Shown piece by piece: positions 18,005-28,070 of a stretch of 64,000 bases of DNA (its first letter is position 1; each line of letters starts with the position of its first letter). Made by a program: the position numbers and the translations under genes. Under the pieces are notes generated by a model. The model was not told the origin of the DNA and searched no databases. It saw only the letters and a list, made by a program, of their open reading frames with translations. The DNA comes from Croceimicrobium sp. GTDB lineage: Bacteria > Bacteroidota > Bacteroidia > Flavobacteriales > Schleiferiaceae. Location of the stretch: assembly GCA_965658275.1 (NCBI GenBank), contig CBFHRN010000002.1, forward strand, positions 45,382-109,381. Reading direction: 5' to 3'.

Positions 18005-20881
18005 ATGAAGACAGATTCTTTTGCCTACCGCCACATTGGGCCACGTGAGCACGATTTGGAAGAAATGTTGAAAGTGGTAGGGGCAAGCTCTATCGATGAG
18101 CTAATCGAACAGACTGTGCCTGCGGGCATTCGTCTGAAAGATGAACTGGACCTCAGTGAACCCATGACCGAAAATGAGTTCCTGAATCATATACGTGATT
18201 TAGCGCGTAAGAACAGTGTTTTCAAGTCCTATATCGGGCTTGGCTATCACCCGACCATTATGCCGGGTGTTATTCAGCGTAATATTCTGGAAAATCCAGG
18301 TTGGTACACGGCTTATACGCCTTACCAAGCCGAGATAGCTCAAGGTCGTTTGGAAGCTTTATTAAACTACCAAACTATGATCAGCGATTTAACAGGTCTT
18401 CCTATCGCTAATGCCAGTTTGTTAGATGAAGCTACTGCATCAGCGGAAGCGATGAGCATGTTCTTTGGCAATCGTAGTCGCGATAAAAAGAAAGCAGGTG
18501 CCAATAAATTCTTTGTTTCCTGGCATTGTCTTCATCAAAGTATTGAGTTAATCAAAACCCGAAGCGAGCCTTTAGGCATTGAACTCGTAATTGGAGATCA
18601 TAGAGAGTTCAGCTTAAGCGATGAGTACTTTGGAGCACTTATTCAATACCCTGCTGCCGATGGGGAAATTTTTGACTACAAAGACTTCATGACAGAGGCG
18701 GATAAGTATGGTGTTCAAGTGGCGGTTGCCGCTGATATTATGAGTCTCGTTCTATTGAGCCCTCCAGGAGAATGGGGCGCTAAGGCCGTTGTGGGCACGA
18801 CCCAAAGGTTTGGTATTCCATTGGGCTTTGGCGGACCTCACGCAGCTTATTTCGCCACCACTGAAGATTACAAACGCCATATCCCGGGTCGTATTATTGG
18901 GCAAACTATTGACCGCTCCGGAAAACCAGCTTTACGAATGGCCCTTCAAACTCGTGAGCAACACATTAAGCGCGATAAGGCAACTTCCAATATTTGTACG
19001 GCTCAGGTTTTATTAGCGGTTATGGCTGGAGCTTACGGCGCCTACCATGGACCTAAAGGTCTTAAGAATATTGCCAAGAAAATTCATCACCACACGGTAA
19101 CCCTGAGTGAAGGTCTTAATCGCCTTGGCTACACTCAAGTAAATCAATATTTCTTTGATACCCTGCGCATCGAATTGGGTCAAGTAGACAAGGAGGAGAT
19201 TCGCAGCAGAGCCATCGAGCGCGAGATTAACTTACGCTACATAAGCGCACATGAGGTAGGAATTAGCTTGAACGAAACCACCAACCTAGAGGCGGTTCAC
19301 GAGCTACTTGAAATCTTCGCGGAAGCAAAAGAAGCTTCTGCTCCAGCTCTCAAACTCCTTGAAGTAAATGTACTTCCTGAGAGTTTAAAACGAGAAAGTA
19401 AGTTTTTACAGCATCCTGTTTTCAACCGCTATCATAGTGAAACGGAAATGATGCGCTACTTAAAGGCATTAGAGCGCAAAGATCTTTCTTTGAATCACTC
19501 TATGATTTCGCTTGGTAGTTGCACCATGAAATTAAATGCAGCTACGGAAATGATTCCTTTAAGCTGGCCTTTATGGGCAAACATCCACCCCTTTGCGCCA
19601 ACGGATCAAGTTTTAGGTTACCGCGAGCTTATCGCTAATTTAGAACGCGACCTAGCTGAGATCACCGGCTTCCACGCTATGTCGATGCAGCCAAACTCAG
19701 GAGCTCAAGGTGAATATGCCGGTTTAATGGTAATCCGCGCGTACCATCAAAGTAGAGGCGACGATCATCGTAATATCACCCTTATCCCAAATTCTGCGCA
19801 TGGTACCAACCCCGCTTCCGCGGTTATGGCTGGAATGAAAGTAGTTGTGGTAAAATGCGATGACAATGGCAATATTGATGTTGACGACCTTAAAGCCAAA
19901 GCCGAGCAGCATCGCGAAAATCTTTCCGCTCTGATGATCACCTACCCCTCCACACATGGGGTTTTTGAAGAGCGTGTAAAAGAAATCACTCAGATTATTC
20001 ACGATAATGGGGGCCAAGTATATATGGATGGCGCAAATATGAATGCACAAGTTGGACTAACCAGTCCTGGTGAAATTGGTGCGGATGTTTGTCACTTAAA
20101 TCTCCATAAAACTTTTGCCATCCCTCACGGTGGGGGTGGGCCTGGAATGGGTCCGATTGGTGTAGCAGAGCATTTAGCTCAGTTTTTGCCTGGACACCCG
20201 CTAGTGAAAACCGGAGGAAAACATCCTATTTCTCCTATATCGGCCGCTCCTTTTGGATCGGGACTCATCTTGATTATTAGCTATGGCTACATCAAAATGC
20301 TCGGAGCTAAAGGCCTAACTGACGCTACAAAATACGCGATACTCAACGCTAATTATCTCAAAGAACGATTACACGGATCTTTTGAGGTGCTTTATGCTAA
20401 TGAGAAAAATCGCGCCGCGCATGAAATGATTATCGACTGCCGTCCTTTCAAAAAAGAAGCTGGGGTTGAAGTTACAGATATTGCAAAGCGACTTATGGAT
20501 TATGGCTACCATGCTCCGACCGTAAGTTTCCCAGTAGCAGGAACCGTAATGATTGAGCCTACAGAAAGTGAAAGCCGTGAAGAGCTAGACCGCTTTGTGG
20601 ATGCCATGTTAAGCGTTCGTAAAGAAATTAAGGCGATTGAGCTGGGCGATATGGATCGCGACAACAACCCGCTGAAAAACGCACCCCATACTATGGAGCA
20701 ACTTACGGCAGATGAATGGACTTTCCCTTACGACCGTAAAGAAGCAGCTTTCCCTTTAGATTACCTCTACAGTAATAAGTTCTGGCCGAGTGTTCGAAGG
20801 GTGGATGATGCTTATGGTGACCGTAATCTAATCTGCACATGCGAACCAATTGAATCCTATATGGAGACCGAGGAAGTATAA
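18005..20881 (+). CDS. gcvP: Glycine dehydrogenase (decarboxylating), glycine cleavage P protein
   Basis: [52 protein letters not shown]. Confidence 0.98.
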   Translation: MKTDSFAYRHIGPREHDLEEMLKVVGASSIDELIEQTVPAGIRLKDELDLSEPMTENEFLNHIRDLARKNSVFKSYIGLGYHPTIMPGVIQRNILENPGWYTAYTPYQAEIAQGRLEALLNYQTMISDLTGLPIANASLLDEATASAEAMSMFFGNRSRDKKKAGANKFFVSWHCLHQSIELIKTRSEPLGIELVIGDHREFSLSDEYFGALIQYPAADGEIFDYKDFMTEADKYGVQVAVAADIMSLVLLSPPGEWGAKAVVGTTQRFGIPLGFGGPHAAYFATTEDYKRHIPGRIIGQTIDRSGKPALRMALQTREQHIKRDKATSNICTAQVLLAVMAGAYGAYHGPKGLKNIAKKIHHHTVTLSEGLNRLGYTQVNQYFFDTLRIELGQVDKEEIRSRAIEREINLRYISAHEVGISLNETTNLEAVHELLEIFAEAKEASAPALKLLEVNVLPESLKRESKFLQHPVFNRYHSETEMMRYLKALERKDLSLNHSMISLGSCTMKLNAATEMIPLSWPLWANIHPFAPTDQVLGYRELIANLERDLAEITGFHAMSMQPNSGAQGEYAGLMVIRAYHQSRGDDHRNITLIPNSAHGTNPASAVMAGMKVVVVKCDDNGNIDVDDLKAKAEQHRENLSALMITYPSTHGVFEERVKEITQIIHDNGGQVYMDGANMNAQVGLTSPGEIGADVCHLNLHKTFAIPHGGGGPGMGPIGVAEHLAQFLPGHPLVKTGGKHPISPISAAPFGSGLILIISYGYIKMLGAKGLTDATKYAILNANYLKERLHGSFEVLYANEKNRAAHEMIIDCRPFKKEAGVEVTDIAKRLMDYGYHAPTVSFPVAGTVMIEPTESESREELDRFVDAMLSVRKEIKAIELGDMDRDNNPLKNAPHTMEQLTADEWTFPYDRKEAAFPLDYLYSNKFWPSVRRVDDAYGDRNLICTCEPIESYMETEEV

Positions 20882-20910
20882 ATTTTAGCAAAAAAGTTAA
20901 AAAATGCAGG

Positions 20911-20940
20911 AAGGAAGCCCAATACGGCTTCCTTTTTCTT
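20911..20940 (+). terminator. Intrinsic terminator after gcvP
   Basis: AAGGAAGCC-caatac-GGCTTCCTT followed by a T-rich tail. Confidence 0.8.
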
Positions 20941-20968
20941 GCTATAAACTAAATGTTTCCTATTTTTG
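20939..20968 (+). promoter_or_regulatory. Full Bacteroidota sigma-A promoter TTG-N19-TATTTTTG for the downstream T9SS protein
   Basis: TTG at 20939-20941, 19-nt spacer, TATTTTTG at 20961-20968. Confidence 0.75.
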
Positions 20969-21008
20969 TTAATCTAGTGTTAAATCGAATAACCCTTAAT
21001 TAAAGAAC

Positions 21009-22994
21009 ATGAAGAAAACAGCTATCCTATTTCTTAGCTTGGCTTCAGCAGTAGCGGTGAACGCTCAGGGTCTTCCACAAGTGGATCCAGTAATCGAGGT
21101 TCAAGACGCCCCTGCGAAGCGTGCAATTCACAAAGCCACTCCAGAGTCAGGAGCAGCCAACGTAGTTTGGAGCGAAGACTTTGCGAATGGTCTCCCAACT
21201 GGTTGGAGCCAGTCTGGTACTCCTGCAACTGCACAGTGGGAATACCGTGGACCTAACACCACTCCTAGTAATGCTACTGGTTCTCGTGGTCAGTTCTCAG
21301 GAATCAACAACACTCCTCCAACAAATGATCCCCTTGCTTCTTCTACAACTAGCAATGGTTTCATGATTTTTGATTCTGACTACTTAGACAACGGTGGTAC
21401 GAGTTCTTTCGGTTCAGGCTCTGCTCCTGCGCCTCACGTTGGTCGTTTAACTACCAGCATGATTGATCTTTCTACTCACCCATCTTTGGAACTAAAATTT
21501 GAGACTTACGCTCGTCGTTTCTACTCAAACTGGTTTGTAGCTTTCTCTACTGACGGAGGTACTACTTACACTGACACCGTAGAATTTTTTGACCCAAGCG
21601 TAATTGCTGTAAACGCTTCTACACTAAACGGAGAAGTTGCGCTTGCTAATGTTTCTTCAATCATCGGTGGTCAAGATTCTGTAGTTATGCAGTTCATTTT
21701 CGACGGTACTGATGGTAACGTTAACGGAAACGGATACTACTACTGGATGATCGATGACATCGAGTTACGTACTCCTCCTGCAAACGAAATGTTATTTACT
21801 ACTTGGAACGGTGCTCCTGCTCAAGATATGATTTACAACGGTAATGGTGCTGCTTATCCTAAGTACGGTATCATGAACACCAACCAAATCGTACCTGTAG
21901 AGTTTGACGCTAACTTCTTTAACTACGGTACTAACGCACAAACCAATGCTACTTTAGAAGTAGAGATTTGGGATGCTGCTGGTCCTACCCTTGTTACTAC
22001 AATAACTGCTCCTGGATGTGCTAACTTAGCTCCTGGTGACACCTGTGATTACAATGATCTTACCACAACTCAGTGGACTCCTCCTGCACAGCAAGCAACT
22101 TATATCTTAGTATGGAAAGCCGTTTCTGATTCTATCAGCAGCGCGACTACTACCACTACCGATACTTTCGCTTTCTATGTACATGACGAGTTATACTCTA
22201 CCGACCGTAACAACGTAGACAATTTCGTAGGTACAAACTCTGCTAACCCAGAGATTATTGCCATGGGTGTTATGTACGACTTAAGCAATGAAGATGCTAA
22301 CAACACTGGTTCTGGTTTAGTATATATCGAAGGTCTAACTATCAATTTATCTGCCCTTACTGACAGTACTGCAGATATCGAAGTTGCTTTCTATGATACT
22401 ACTGGTTTTGCTTTCAATGCTGGTTTCCCTGCAAGTGCGACCGCAGCTTTCCGTAAGTCATTTACATTAAACGGTTCATTGGTTGGTACTAATGCTTACT
22501 TCGACCTTCAGTCGAATGGTAACCCATTAGCATTACCAGCACAACCCTACTTAATGATCTTGAACTTCTTCCCGAATGCTACCGATGGTGTAATCCGTAT
22601 TGCCAACGATCAGTCTTTCGATCAGCCAAGCATTTCTACTGTTATGCAATTAGCTGATGGTAACTGGTACGGTGGATTTAACTCACGTGCACACGAAGGA
22701 ACACACATTCGCTTGGTGGTACAAGAGAACTTCAGCGTTGCTGATCAAGATTTGATCAACTTCAGCGTTTATCCTAACCCAACTTCTGGCGAAGCAAACA
22801 TTATGTTCGCTCAAGGTGGTGCTTATACAATTGACGTTCTTGACATGGTGGGTAACCGCGTAATGTCTCAAGAGGCAACTGTTAACACCAACGAAAAAGT
22901 ACAGTTGGATCTTAGTAGCTTACCAAAAGGCGTTTACTTAGTAAATGTTAACGGTGAGAACACTGACAAGACTGTGAAACTTACTGTGAAGTAA
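21009..22994 (+). CDS. Secreted/surface protein with T9SS type A C-terminal domain, probably highly expressed
   Basis: Signal peptide MKKTAILFLSLASAVAVNAQ; VVWSEDFANG...WMIDDI beta-sandwich-like domain; C-terminus VYPNPTSG...LPKGVYLVNV...KLTVK. Confidence 0.85.
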   Translation: MKKTAILFLSLASAVAVNAQGLPQVDPVIEVQDAPAKRAIHKATPESGAANVVWSEDFANGLPTGWSQSGTPATAQWEYRGPNTTPSNATGSRGQFSGINNTPPTNDPLASSTTSNGFMIFDSDYLDNGGTSSFGSGSAPAPHVGRLTTSMIDLSTHPSLELKFETYARRFYSNWFVAFSTDGGTTYTDTVEFFDPSVIAVNASTLNGEVALANVSSIIGGQDSVVMQFIFDGTDGNVNGNGYYYWMIDDIELRTPPANEMLFTTWNGAPAQDMIYNGNGAAYPKYGIMNTNQIVPVEFDANFFNYGTNAQTNATLEVEIWDAAGPTLVTTITAPGCANLAPGDTCDYNDLTTTQWTPPAQQATYILVWKAVSDSISSATTTTTDTFAFYVHDELYSTDRNNVDNFVGTNSANPEIIAMGVMYDLSNEDANNTGSGLVYIEGLTINLSALTDSTADIEVAFYDTTGFAFNAGFPASATAAFRKSFTLNGSLVGTNAYFDLQSNGNPLALPAQPYLMILNFFPNATDGVIRIANDQSFDQPSISTVMQLADGNWYGGFNSRAHEGTHIRLVVQENFSVADQDLINFSVYPNPTSGEANIMFAQGGAYTIDVLDMVGNRVMSQEATVNTNEKVQLDLSSLPKGVYLVNVNGENTDKTVKLTVK

Positions 22995-23010
22995 GAATCT
23001 CATAAATCTT

Positions 23011-23053
23011 AAAAGTCCCGACCTCGGTTCGCCGAGTGTCGGGATTTTTTTTT
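23011..23053 (+). terminator. Long-stem intrinsic terminator
   Basis: AAAAGTCCCGAC-CTCGG-ttcg-CCGAG-t-GTCGGGA followed by a long T run. Confidence 0.9.
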
Positions 23054-23369
23054 GCTCCTCCTCAAAATGAGTTCTACCCTTAAAATAAAGCCCGGTTAGC
23101 TAGCCTCTGGGAAAATACTGTTTGAATCTCCCTCCCAACATGGGAAATCTGCCCGCCTTATCCCCTGATACTTTAGAGAAGAGGTGGAACTATTTCAAAA
23201 TGATAAAAAGAGGATCTTAGGATTGATAGGATCTTCAGCTTAGGGATGAGGAATAAATGAAGTCAACTGCGCAGAGGAAAACCTAAGCGAAGAGCTTAAG
23301 CTTCAAATACCAGACCTCAAATTTGCTTTTGATGTAATGAAGCGCATCATTTTGCTGTGGATGGCCTTT

Positions 23370-24122
23370 TTAAGCATTACGAATCCGGCGGAAGATTTCA
23401 GAACTGTAGATAAAGTCCTTAATATCGGCATTATCCGTTCTTAAAATTTCCTCTCCACTACCCTGCCAAGCCTTCAAACCGTCTTTAATAAAGATGATAT
23501 TATCGCCAATCTCAATAACGGAATTCATGTCATGGGTATTAATCACCGTAGTCATGTTAAACTCTTCGGTAAGCTCGCTCAACAGCTTATCAATAACTAC
23601 CGCTGTCTTGGGATCTAGGCCAGAGTTAGGCTCATCGCAAAACAGGTATTGAGGGTTCATGCTAATAGCTCGGGCTATCGCAACCCGCTTTTGCATTCCA
23701 CCAGACAGCTCAGCCGGATATTGTTGATTAACATTTTTAAGGTTTACTCGCTCTAAACAGAAATTTGCTCGATCCCGTTTTTCGGATTCCGACATATCGG
23801 AAAACATATTAAGCGCAAAAGTGACGTTCTGTTCTATCGTTAATGAGTCGAACAATGCATTCCCTTGAAAAACCATTCCCATCTTGGTCCGCAAAGCTTT
23901 TCGCTCCTTTCGGTTTAATCCTCCTAAAGCCACACCATCGTACGAAATCTCACCTTCATCAATATCATGAAGCCCTACTAAGGATTTTAAAAAAACTGTT
24001 TTTCCGCCACCACTTTGACCAATAATCAAATTGGTTTTCCCTTTGTGAAAGTCAGCATCAATTCCCTTCAGAATGACCCGATCGCCAAAGCCTTTTTTTA
24101 GTCCATTTACCTCAATCATCAA
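23370..24122 (-). CDS. mlaF: ABC transporter ATP-binding protein, MlaF/Mkl-like
   Basis: GQSGGGKT Walker A, LSGGMQKRVAIARA signature, FCDEPNSGLDP; coupled to an MlaE-like permease. Confidence 0.85.
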   Translation of the reverse strand: MMIEVNGLKKGFGDRVILKGIDADFHKGKTNLIIGQSGGGKTVFLKSLVGLHDIDEGEISYDGVALGGLNRKERKALRTKMGMVFQGNALFDSLTIEQNVTFALNMFSDMSESEKRDRANFCLERVNLKNVNQQYPAELSGGMQKRVAIARAISMNPQYLFCDEPNSGLDPKTAVVIDKLLSELTEEFNMTTVINTHDMNSVIEIGDNIIFIKDGLKAWQGSGEEILRTDNADIKDFIYSSEIFRRIRNA

Positions 24123-24865
24123 ACAAGGAGAATTTGAGTTAAGAAATAATTGGAAACAATTACGGCAACTGAACTGGCTACTACAGCCTTGGTAGCATTT
24201 ATACCAACCTCAATAGCGCCGCCTTTCACGTAAAATCCAAAATAGGCAGATATACTTACGATTAAAAATCCGAAGACAAAGGACTTAATCAGCGCATAGG
24301 ATACATGGTAAGCATCAAAATCAAGCTGAAGTCCATAGAGGTAATCATCTACGCTCATTACGCCTCCTACCGATGCTAAATAGCCTCCCACCAAACCTAA
24401 AAACATACTAATGGTTATCAAGATGGGGTTGAAAATCATCATGGAAAGCACCTTCGGACTTATTAAATACGCTGATGGGTTTACCCCCATCACTTCTAGG
24501 GCATCAATTTGCTCCGAAACTCGCATGCTGCCTAAAGTAGAGGCAATATTTGAACCCACCTTTCCGGCCAGAATTAAACTTACCATAGTAGGAGAGAACT
24601 CCAAAATAATACTTTCCCGTGTCGCAATCGCAATATAGTATTGCGGGATAAAGGGGTCGTCTAAGTTAAAGGCCGTTTGGATGGTTACCACCGCTCCCAC
24701 AAAAACAGAAATAACTGAAACGATAGCCAAACTATTATAGCCCAAAAGGTCAAGATCTCTCACAAAGGCCTTATAATACATAGTCCAATTCTCGGGCTTA
24801 CGAAATGTACGCCCTAAAAGAACCATGTAACGGCCCAATGACTCCAATTGTCTTTTGAAATACAT
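24119..24865 (-). CDS. mlaE: MlaE family ABC permease
   Basis: LAGKVGSNIASTLGSMRVSEQIDALEVMGVNP. Start moved from 25021 to ATG 24865 (MYFKRQLE), supported by a -7 box 4 nt upstream and a divergent small gene in the extension. Confidence 0.88.
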   Translation of the reverse strand: MYFKRQLESLGRYMVLLGRTFRKPENWTMYYKAFVRDLDLLGYNSLAIVSVISVFVGAVVTIQTAFNLDDPFIPQYYIAIATRESIILEFSPTMVSLILAGKVGSNIASTLGSMRVSEQIDALEVMGVNPSAYLISPKVLSMMIFNPILITISMFLGLVGGYLASVGGVMSVDDYLYGLQLDFDAYHVSYALIKSFVFGFLIVSISAYFGFYVKGGAIEVGINATKAVVASSVAVIVSNYFLTQILLV

Positions 24866-24869
24866 ATCG

Positions 24870-24889
24870 CGAAAATAAAAGTAATTTTG
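24870..24889. promoter_or_regulatory. Back-to-back divergent -7 boxes: TATTTTCG (minus, 24870-24877, mlaE) and TAATTTTG (plus, 24882-24889, small lipoprotein)
   Basis: Both read directly in the 40-bp divergent intergenic gap. Confidence 0.6.
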
Positions 24890-24905
24890 CTCTAAGCCGC
24901 CAATA

Positions 24906-25043
24906 ATGAATAAAGCATTGAGATTTAAAAAAATAGGATTAGCCATTGCTCTCCTTGGCATGCTATCCCTGGGTGGATGTAAAATGCTTGAAGATTGCAA
25001 CTGCCCAGGAAAATACAGCATTGAAATTAAATGGCAGCCCTAG
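24906..25043 (+). CDS. Small 45-aa lipoprotein (not in the ORF track)
   Basis: MNKALRFKKIGLAIALLGMLSLGGC-KMLEDCNCPGKYSIEIKWQP*: basic n-region, hydrophobic h-region, lipobox LGGC, CxCP motif; upstream -7 box; stop overlaps the SprT start. Confidence 0.7.
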   Translation: MNKALRFKKIGLAIALLGMLSLGGCKMLEDCNCPGKYSIEIKWQP

Positions 25044-25672
25044 CAAATTCCTATAAGGCGCTTGGTCGCTATTTACCAGAAGGCAGTATGGACCTTTTGA
25101 TCCCACTTTTGGGAAAGTATCCCTTGCAGCTAACAATTAGTAAACCGCGTAAAACCAAGTTTGGAGATTACCGGTTTCCTCAGGGAAACCAACCCCATCG
25201 GATAAGTATCAATGGCAATTTAAACCCCTACTCCTTTCTAATTACACTCTTGCATGAATATGCACATTTGGTTGCTTTCGACAAGTTTGGTCGAAAAATA
25301 AAGCCGCATGGAGAAGAATGGCAATACTGCTTTAAGCATATCAGTTTACCCTTTTTAGAAGCCAATATTTTCCCGCAGAAACTAAAATTAGCTTTTAGGC
25401 AAAGCCTAGCCCGCGGGCATGCAAGTAGCGCAACGGATCTACAATTATTGAAAGTTCTTAAAGACTATGACAAGGAAGTCCCAAATGATGAACTTACCTT
25501 TGTCGAAAATTTACAAATAGGCGAACTATTTCTTTTGAATGGCCGAGTGTTTAAACGAGGACCAAAAAGTCGAAAGCGATATCGATGCAAGGAAATAGAA
25601 AGCACCCGAGAATACATGGTTCACCCCTTGGCAGAGGTTAACCGACTTGAAACAAAAGATGAGCACAGCTAA
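25031..25672 (+). CDS. SprT-like zinc metalloprotease domain protein
   Basis: PRKTKFGDYR, FLITLLHEYAHL (HExxH), KPHGEEW. Confidence 0.85.
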   Translation: MAALANSYKALGRYLPEGSMDLLIPLLGKYPLQLTISKPRKTKFGDYRFPQGNQPHRISINGNLNPYSFLITLLHEYAHLVAFDKFGRKIKPHGEEWQYCFKHISLPFLEANIFPQKLKLAFRQSLARGHASSATDLQLLKVLKDYDKEVPNDELTFVENLQIGELFLLNGRVFKRGPKSRKRYRCKEIESTREYMVHPLAEVNRLETKDEHS

Positions 25673-26828
25673 AAACTATTTCTCCACTGATTTTAGATTA
25701 GGAATCGTAGGTGGCGGACAATTGGGCAAAATGATTCTTCAAGAAACCCGCCGATTGGATATTGGTACACGAATCTTAGACCCAAGTCCATCAGCCCCTT
25801 GTCGCATTGGATGTAATGAATTTACCGTGGGTTCTTTGCAAGATTTTGATACCGTTTACCAGTTTGGAAAAGATTGCGATGTAATCACCATCGAAATTGA
25901 AAATGTAAATACCGAGGCCTTAAAGCAATTGCAAAGCGAAGGCAAAAAAGTATACCCTCAACCGGAGATTATTGAGCTCATTAAAAATAAGATAAGCCAG
26001 AAAGGTTTTTACCGAAAGAACCTTATTCCCACGGCGGACTACATCGCATTCGAAAATATCGATGAACTGCGCTTAGCAATGAAAGAGGAGCGCTTGCATT
26101 TCCCTTTTGTATGGAAACAAGCGACTGGCGGTTTTGACGGACGAGGTGTTGCCATGGTGCGCAAAGAGGAGGATTTAAATAGTCTTCCTGAGGATGCCCC
26201 TTGCTTAGCTGAAAGCCTAGTTCCTTTCGAGAAAGAGTTGGCAGTAGTAGTGGCCCGATCGGCGAGCGGTGAAAGTCGCTCTTTCCCAACCGTAGAAATG
26301 GATTTTCATCCAGAAGCCAACCTGGTAGAGTTTGTTTTTAGTCCCGGTAAACTAAGCCAAGAAATTAGTGATTCTGCCCAAAAATTAGCTCGAGATGTAG
26401 CTGATAAATTGGGCATTGTAGGAATCTTAGCGGTAGAGATGTTCTTAACTAAAGAAGGTTTTCTACTAATCAACGAAGTGGCGCCGCGAGTGCATAACAG
26501 CGGTCATCTTAGCATAGAAGGTAACCTCAGCTCTCAATTCGAACAGCATGTTCGGGCAGTCCTTGATTTACCCTTGGGACATACCGACACGATTCAGCCG
26601 GCGGTAATGGTTAATTTGGTAGGCGAAGAAGATTATTCTGGCCCCGTTCATTACCAAGGGATTGAAGAAATAATGGCCCTGTCCGGAGTTTACGTTCACC
26701 TTTATGGAAAGGCGGAAACACGCCCCTTCCGAAAGATGGGGCATGTTACCATTATTGACCCCGATTTGGAAGAAGCACGAGCTAAGGCGAAAATTGTGAA
26801 GGAAAAAATTAAAGTAATCAGCATATGA
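25659..26828 (+). CDS. purK: N5-carboxyaminoimidazole ribonucleotide synthase
   Basis: GGGQLGKM, ITIEIE, NEVAPRVHNSGH, RKMGHVT. Start placed at ATG 25659 (MSTAKN). Confidence 0.95.
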   Translation: MSTAKNYFSTDFRLGIVGGGQLGKMILQETRRLDIGTRILDPSPSAPCRIGCNEFTVGSLQDFDTVYQFGKDCDVITIEIENVNTEALKQLQSEGKKVYPQPEIIELIKNKISQKGFYRKNLIPTADYIAFENIDELRLAMKEERLHFPFVWKQATGGFDGRGVAMVRKEEDLNSLPEDAPCLAESLVPFEKELAVVVARSASGESRSFPTVEMDFHPEANLVEFVFSPGKLSQEISDSAQKLARDVADKLGIVGILAVEMFLTKEGFLLINEVAPRVHNSGHLSIEGNLSSQFEQHVRAVLDLPLGHTDTIQPAVMVNLVGEEDYSGPVHYQGIEEIMALSGVYVHLYGKAETRPFRKMGHVTIIDPDLEEARAKAKIVKEKIKVISI

Positions 26829-27313
26829 GTGCAGCAGTAAGTGTAATTATGGGTAGCAAATCCGATTTACCTGTAATGCAAGAAGCGGTTGATGTTCTAA
26901 AAGAACTTGGTGTATCTGTTAAGGTAAATATCGTTTCGGCCCACCGAACCCCAGAGATCATGTTCGACTTTGCAAAGTCTGCACACCTTAATGGAACGAA
27001 AGTAATTATTGCTGGCGCTGGTGGTGCTGCCCATCTCCCAGGCATGGTTGCCTCCATGAGTCCTCTACCGGTAATTGGTGTTCCTGTAAAAAGTCGTAAT
27101 TCGATAGATGGCTGGGATTCTGTATTATCCATCCTACAAATGCCAGCCGGGGTTCCCGTGGCTACGGTTGCCCTAGACGGTGCTAAAAATGCGGGGATTT
27201 TAGCCGCTCAAATTATCGGAAGTCATGACGCGGAAATTCTAAAAAACGTGATTACTTACAAGGAAAGTTTAAAAGAAAAAGTGATCGCTTCTCGCAAAGA
27301 ACTTGGCAATTAA
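26825..27313 (+). CDS. purE: N5-carboxyaminoimidazole ribonucleotide mutase
   Basis: IMGSKSD, SAHRTP, GAGGAAHLPG, PVIGVP, SILQMPAGVPVATV. Confidence 0.97.
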   Translation: MSAAVSVIMGSKSDLPVMQEAVDVLKELGVSVKVNIVSAHRTPEIMFDFAKSAHLNGTKVIIAGAGGAAHLPGMVASMSPLPVIGVPVKSRNSIDGWDSVLSILQMPAGVPVATVALDGAKNAGILAAQIIGSHDAEILKNVITYKESLKEKVIASRKELGN

Positions 27314-28068
27314 AGATTCTTCAACAAGGTCATTAATTGCTCCTTTTTACGATTCGCTACCGGAATCCGACTCCCGTCTTCAAGCACCAAATAGCCACCA
27401 TCGGTTTGCACGTATTTCTTCAGAAAATTGATGTTAACAAGATGCGATTTATGGATACGTAAAAAAGAGTATCCTTCGAGCATGTTGTCGAACTCTTTGA
27501 GTGTTTTTGATGCTAATAAGTTCTTCTCATTATGGAGAAAAAAGGTCGTGTAATTTGAACTGCTTTCTAAACGGATAATATCACTTAAACGGATTACATG
27601 AATACCATCAGAAGTAGGCACAACAATCTTTTTAGGAGAGTCTGAAGCTTGGCGTATATTCTCTACTAAAACATTTAAGCTTGCTGCTTTTTGCGGAATT
27701 CCTTTCTCACTTTCTAATCGGCGCACCGCTTTAACCAATTCTTCAGGATCTACTGGCTTTAAGAGATAATCGAGTGCCGAAAACTTTATAGCTTGAATAG
27801 CGAACTCATCATGAGCGGTAATAAAGATAATAGCTAAGGAATTCTTTCGCTCCTCGGAAAGTGCATTTAGTAGATCAAAGCCACTTTCACCCGCGAGGTC
27901 GATATCCAAGAACAAAAGGTCCACTGAAGCATCTGCTAAAAGTGAAACTCCTTCTTCGACCGATGCTCCTTGACCTGCCAGCTCTAACTCTGGGCAAAAA
28001 AGGTCCAATTTACCAGCCAACGCTTCCCTAGAGTTGGCTTCGTCGTCAATGATTACCGCTTTTAACAT
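27310..28068 (-). CDS. LytR/AlgR family response regulator (REC + LytTR)
   Basis: IIDDE, LFLDID, FITAH, DYLLKP; FLRIHKSHLVN LytTR motif. Confidence 0.93.
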   Translation of the reverse strand: MLKAVIIDDEANSREALAGKLDLFCPELELAGQGASVEEGVSLLADASVDLLFLDIDLAGESGFDLLNALSEERKNSLAIIFITAHDEFAIQAIKFSALDYLLKPVDPEELVKAVRRLESEKGIPQKAASLNVLVENIRQASDSPKKIVVPTSDGIHVIRLSDIIRLESSSNYTTFFLHNEKNLLASKTLKEFDNMLEGYSFLRIHKSHLVNINFLKKYVQTDGGYLVLEDGSRIPVANRKKEQLMTLLKNL

Positions 28069-28070
28069 CC

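Noticed and set aside
23337-23444. Plus-strand 35-aa ORF MKRIILLWMAFLSITNP... with a signal-peptide look
   Set aside because: Mostly antisense to the mlaF 3' end, with no promoter box and no mature domain.
24866-25021. 52-aa N-terminal extension of MlaE in the track
   Set aside because: It is antisense to the small lipoprotein gene, and a -7 box sits right before ATG 24865.
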